The notes under the pieces were generated by a model. That model was not told where the DNA came from and made no database searches. It worked only from the letters and a program-made list of their open reading frames with translations. A stretch of DNA of 64,000 nt from Pyrinomonadaceae bacterium (GTDB lineage: Bacteria; Acidobacteriota; Blastocatellia; Pyrinomonadales; Pyrinomonadaceae), in the NCBI GenBank assembly GCA_046313635.1, contig JBKBYA010000004.1:128001-192000 (forward strand). The letters are read 5' to 3'. Both the position numbers and the translations under genes were made by a program. Shown in pieces: positions 60,935-64,000 of this stretch. Position 1 is the first letter of the stretch. Every line of letters starts with the position of its first letter.

Positions 60935-61729
60935 ATGAGAACTGAGAACGTCAAATACAACTGCGAGAATTCGGTCGCCGTGATCACGCTCGACCGGCCC
61001 GAGGCCCTCAACGCGCTTTCACAAGGATTGACCGAAGATCTGCGGTCGGCGATACGGACTGCGATCGACGAGCAGGCCCGCGCGATCGTGCTGACCGGGT
61101 CGGGCCGCGCGTTCTGCTCGGGCGGCGACCTGCGCGAGATGAAGACGCTCGCCGAGCATGAGGGAAGGATCGAGGCGTTTCTCGAGGCGCCGCTCGGAGC
61201 GCTTCACGACCTCGTAAGGCTTATCCGCGAGACGCCGATCCCTTTCATCGCGGCCGTCAACGGCGTGTGCGCCGGCGCCGGCACAAATATCGCGCTCGCC
61301 TGCGACATCGTCGTCGCTGCAGACGACGCGAGCTTTAATGAGGCCTTTGTAAAGATCGGTCTCTCGCCGGACTGCGGCGGCACCTACTTTTTGCCGCGGG
61401 CGATCGGCGAAAAGCTGGCGGCCGAAATGCTGATGACCGGCGAGACCGTGACGGCAGAGCGTGCGGCGCGTTTCGGCATGATAAATCGCGTCGTGCCGGC
61501 CGCCGACCTGATGGTCGACGCTCTCGCGCTCGCCGAGCGGCTCGCGGCCGGCCCGACCGGATCGATCGGACGGATCAAGCGGATGCTGAACGCGTCGTAC
61601 TCAAATACGCTCGAGCAGCAGCTCGCTCTCGAGCACGAATGCCAGATCGAGTCGGGCCGCTCGGCGGATTTCAAAGAGGGCGTCTCTGCATTCTTTGAGA
61701 AACGCCCTCCGCGATTTGAGGGAAGTTAG
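60935..61729 (+). CDS. Enoyl-CoA hydratase/isomerase (PaaG-like)
   Basis: ITLDRPEALNA, AFCSGGDL, AAVNGVCAGAG, DFKEGVSAF.EKR; probable start MRTENV. Confidence 0.9.
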   Translation: MRTENVKYNCENSVAVITLDRPEALNALSQGLTEDLRSAIRTAIDEQARAIVLTGSGRAFCSGGDLREMKTLAEHEGRIEAFLEAPLGALHDLVRLIRETPIPFIAAVNGVCAGAGTNIALACDIVVAADDASFNEAFVKIGLSPDCGGTYFLPRAIGEKLAAEMLMTGETVTAERAARFGMINRVVPAADLMVDALALAERLAAGPTGSIGRIKRMLNASYSNTLEQQLALEHECQIESGRSADFKEGVSAFFEKRPPRFEGS

Positions 61730-64000
61730 AAGCGGGCCGTGAGCGCCAGCTTGACGGCCGTCGGGGCACCGGGCGAAATGTTCGTATTGCTGTGCGCGTT
61801 GAGATAGTAACGCGTGTTAAAGACGTTCTCGATGTTTGCCTGCAGCTTCCAGTTTTCGCTGATGGTGTAAAAGACAGCCGCGTCGGCACGGACGTATCCG
61901 GGCAGCACGACCGTATTGTCGACGCCCGCGAACATCTCCGAACGCGCTACGATCCCGAAACCTGCAGCCAGCTTTGGAATGATGTGGTACTTGTTCCACA
62001 TTGAAAAGCTGTGGTGCGGCACCTGTGCGGCTTTCTTGCCGGCGGCTGCCGCGGTCGTCGCCCGCAGGATAAAGGCGTCCTGATACGAGTAGCCGCCGGT
62101 GAACGACCAGTCGCGGGTCAACTGCCCGCCGAGGCCGAATTCAAATCCGTTCGTCCGCTGAGCTCCGGTCTGGATGATCCGGGTAGGGTCGTTCGGGTCG
62201 GTCGAGCGCGTATTCGTGCGGTCGAGTCGGTAGATCGCCGAGGTGAGCGCGAGGTTGCGGCGGATGTCCCACTTGACGCCGGCCTCAAGATTTTCGAACT
62301 TCTCAGGCTTGACCTGCTGAGTGATGGTCGTGAGCGACGAGAACTGATCGCCCGAGCTCGGAAGGTACGAGACGCTGTAGCTTCCGTAGAGCGAGACTTC
62401 CTGTACCGGCTTGACCACTGCACCGAACCGCGGAGAGACAAGCCGGTCGATCCGCCTGAGGTCCTCGCCGCTGCGGTTGTTGTGAAACTTCAGATCGAAG
62501 TAGTCAAGACGCACACCGCCAACGAGGTGCAGGTATCTGTTGATCTCGACCTGGTCCTGAATGTATGCGGCGCCGAGGCCGACAAGAACCCGGTTGTCGG
62601 CGTCCGTCGCGCTCTGACGGTAAGTGACGGGCACGCGCGTTACGGGATGGTCAAAAGCGACTTGCAGCGATGTCGCGGTGTTGTTGAAGTAGCCGGTATG
62701 GCGCACATTGTTTGTCCGCTGCCGTCCGAGTTCGACGCCGCCGAGCAGCGTATGGCGGATCCGGCCGGTGTTGACGATGTACGTCAGGTCGGTCTGGTTA
62801 AAGAGGTTTCGCCGCTTTGTGTGGTTATTGTACGCGGTGAGAGCGACCAGCGTGCGGGCGGCGTTGGCGGCGCCGGGAACATAATTCTGATAAAAGCTGT
62901 CGTAGTCGCCGAACATCGTTCGATTGCGGAGGTTCAGCTTGCCGAATTGACGCTCGAATGAACCGTGCAGCAAATCGACGTTGGAGCGGACGCGGCTGTC
63001 GTCGGGATTGCCGTAATACGTCGAGCGATCGACATCGGCGGGCCTGCCGGCAAAAGACGTGATGCCGCGATCGGCGACGCGGCGGTCGCGGAGATATTCG
63101 TACGTCAGCGTAAATCGGGTGTTGAAGTCCGGACTAAAGGTCAGGGTCGGCGTAAATCCGAAACGGTCGCGCTTCACAAAATCCCGAAAGCTGCCTGCCC
63201 GCTCGGCCAGACCGTTGAACCGTACCGCGAGCTTGCGTGTCAGGTCCTTGTTGAGATCGAATGTTCCGCGAACATGGCCGAACGAGCCGCCCTGAATGTT
63301 GAATGCGTAGAAAGGGGCCAGCACGGCCTCTTTGCTGACGCGATTGATGATGCCGCCGCCGCCGCCGCGGCCGAAGATCAGAGCATTCGGCCCGCGTACG
63401 ATCTCCATGCTCTCGAGGTTGTATAGGTCGCGATAATACTGGACATCGTCGCGAACGCCGTTTAGAAAGAAGTCGGCGCTCGAATTCTGTCCTCGGATGT
63501 TAACCTGGTCGCGATTGTTTTCGCCCTGGAGCGCCGTGATGCCCGCGACGTAACGCACCGTGTCGCCGACATTCGTCAGGAGCTGGTCGGCGATCTGTCG
63601 CTCGGTCACGACCGAGACCGACTGCGGCACGTCGCGAAGAGGGGTCAGGGTCTTGGTCGCGGTCGTCGTCGAGTCGGCTTGATACTCGCCCGACGAGACG
63701 ACGTCGACAGTGACGGTGCTCGGCAGGATCTGCAGGGCGACGTTGACCGATGCGGACTCGAACGGCTTTAGCAGCACTCGCTTGGTAAATTCTGAAAAGC
63801 CTTCGGCGCGGACCGTGACATCGTACTCGCCTGCCTCGAGCGAAACCACGAATGTGCCGTTTGCATCGGTCGTAACGGTCTGCTCGGCCGACGGGCCAAC
63901 GCCCGCAAAGCGGATCACCGCTCCCGGAATGCCGGCGTCGTTCTGATCGGCGACGCGACCAGCGACAACAACCTTTGTTTCATTACGCGTGTCCCTGTGG
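61726..64000 (-). CDS. TonB-dependent siderophore-type receptor, 5' end beyond the right window edge
   Basis: TATKT.TPLRDVPQSVSVV plug; EIVRGPNALIFGRG; C-terminal NIENVFNTRYY...LTARF. The frame stays open to the window end (VVAGRVADQNDAGIPG). Confidence 0.92.
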   Translation of the reverse strand, partial: HRDTRNETKVVVAGRVADQNDAGIPGAVIRFAGVGPSAEQTVTTDANGTFVVSLEAGEYDVTVRAEGFSEFTKRVLLKPFESASVNVALQILPSTVTVDVVSSGEYQADSTTTATKTLTPLRDVPQSVSVVTERQIADQLLTNVGDTVRYVAGITALQGENNRDQVNIRGQNSSADFFLNGVRDDVQYYRDLYNLESMEIVRGPNALIFGRGGGGGIINRVSKEAVLAPFYAFNIQGGSFGHVRGTFDLNKDLTRKLAVRFNGLAERAGSFRDFVKRDRFGFTPTLTFSPDFNTRFTLTYEYLRDRRVADRGITSFAGRPADVDRSTYYGNPDDSRVRSNVDLLHGSFERQFGKLNLRNRTMFGDYDSFYQNYVPGAANAARTLVALTAYNNHTKRRNLFNQTDLTYIVNTGRIRHTLLGGVELGRQRTNNVRHTGYFNNTATSLQVAFDHPVTRVPVTYRQSATDADNRVLVGLGAAYIQDQVEINRYLHLVGGVRLDYFDLKFHNNRSGEDLRRIDRLVSPRFGAVVKPVQEVSLYGSYSVSYLPSSGDQFSSLTTITQQVKPEKFENLEAGVKWDIRRNLALTSAIYRLDRTNTRSTDPNDPTRIIQTGAQRTNGFEFGLGGQLTRDWSFTGGYSYQDAFILRATTAAAAGKKAAQVPHHSFSMWNKYHIIPKLAAGFGIVARSEMFAGVDNTVVLPGYVRADAAVFYTISENWKLQANIENVFNTRYYLNAHSNTNISPGAPTAVKLALTARF

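Overview
GC-rich bacterial chromosomal segment. The gene complement points to Acidobacteriota, probably Blastocatellia (inference): carboxypeptidase-regulatory-domain TonB receptors, FG-GAP/VCBS-tailed secreted proteins, a fused M16 peptidase and an 'MAFITVNSNESIESALRRFKRK' RpsU. It is mostly housekeeping and accessory genes: dinG-queD, tRNA-Pro, rpsU-surE-pcm-dedA, a phosphohexomutase with an FtsB-like gene, gatB, rpmE-DUF421-DUF1385-prfA, two histone-deacetylase-family genes and three TonB receptors. It also holds a cobalamin uptake locus (btuF-btuC-btuD, cobalamin riboswitch, btuB). Notable points: (1) a long minus-strand ORF missing from the ORF track, running off the left edge, with DNA-methyltransferase-like motifs and a lower-GC composition that suggests an island edge; (2) a V4R-domain sensor coupled to a PAS hybrid histidine kinase; (3) three unrelated secreted N-terminal domains sharing one C-terminal FG-GAP module that ends in 'P.P..[YF]VR'; (4) a large radical SAM enzyme behind a long AT-rich leader, next to the B12 uptake genes; (5) two decayed inserts, an RHS/YD fragment and a collapsed MNT-HEPN toxin-antitoxin pair. 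No CRISPR array or intact transposase was seen. All product calls come from reading motifs by eye, not from database searches.
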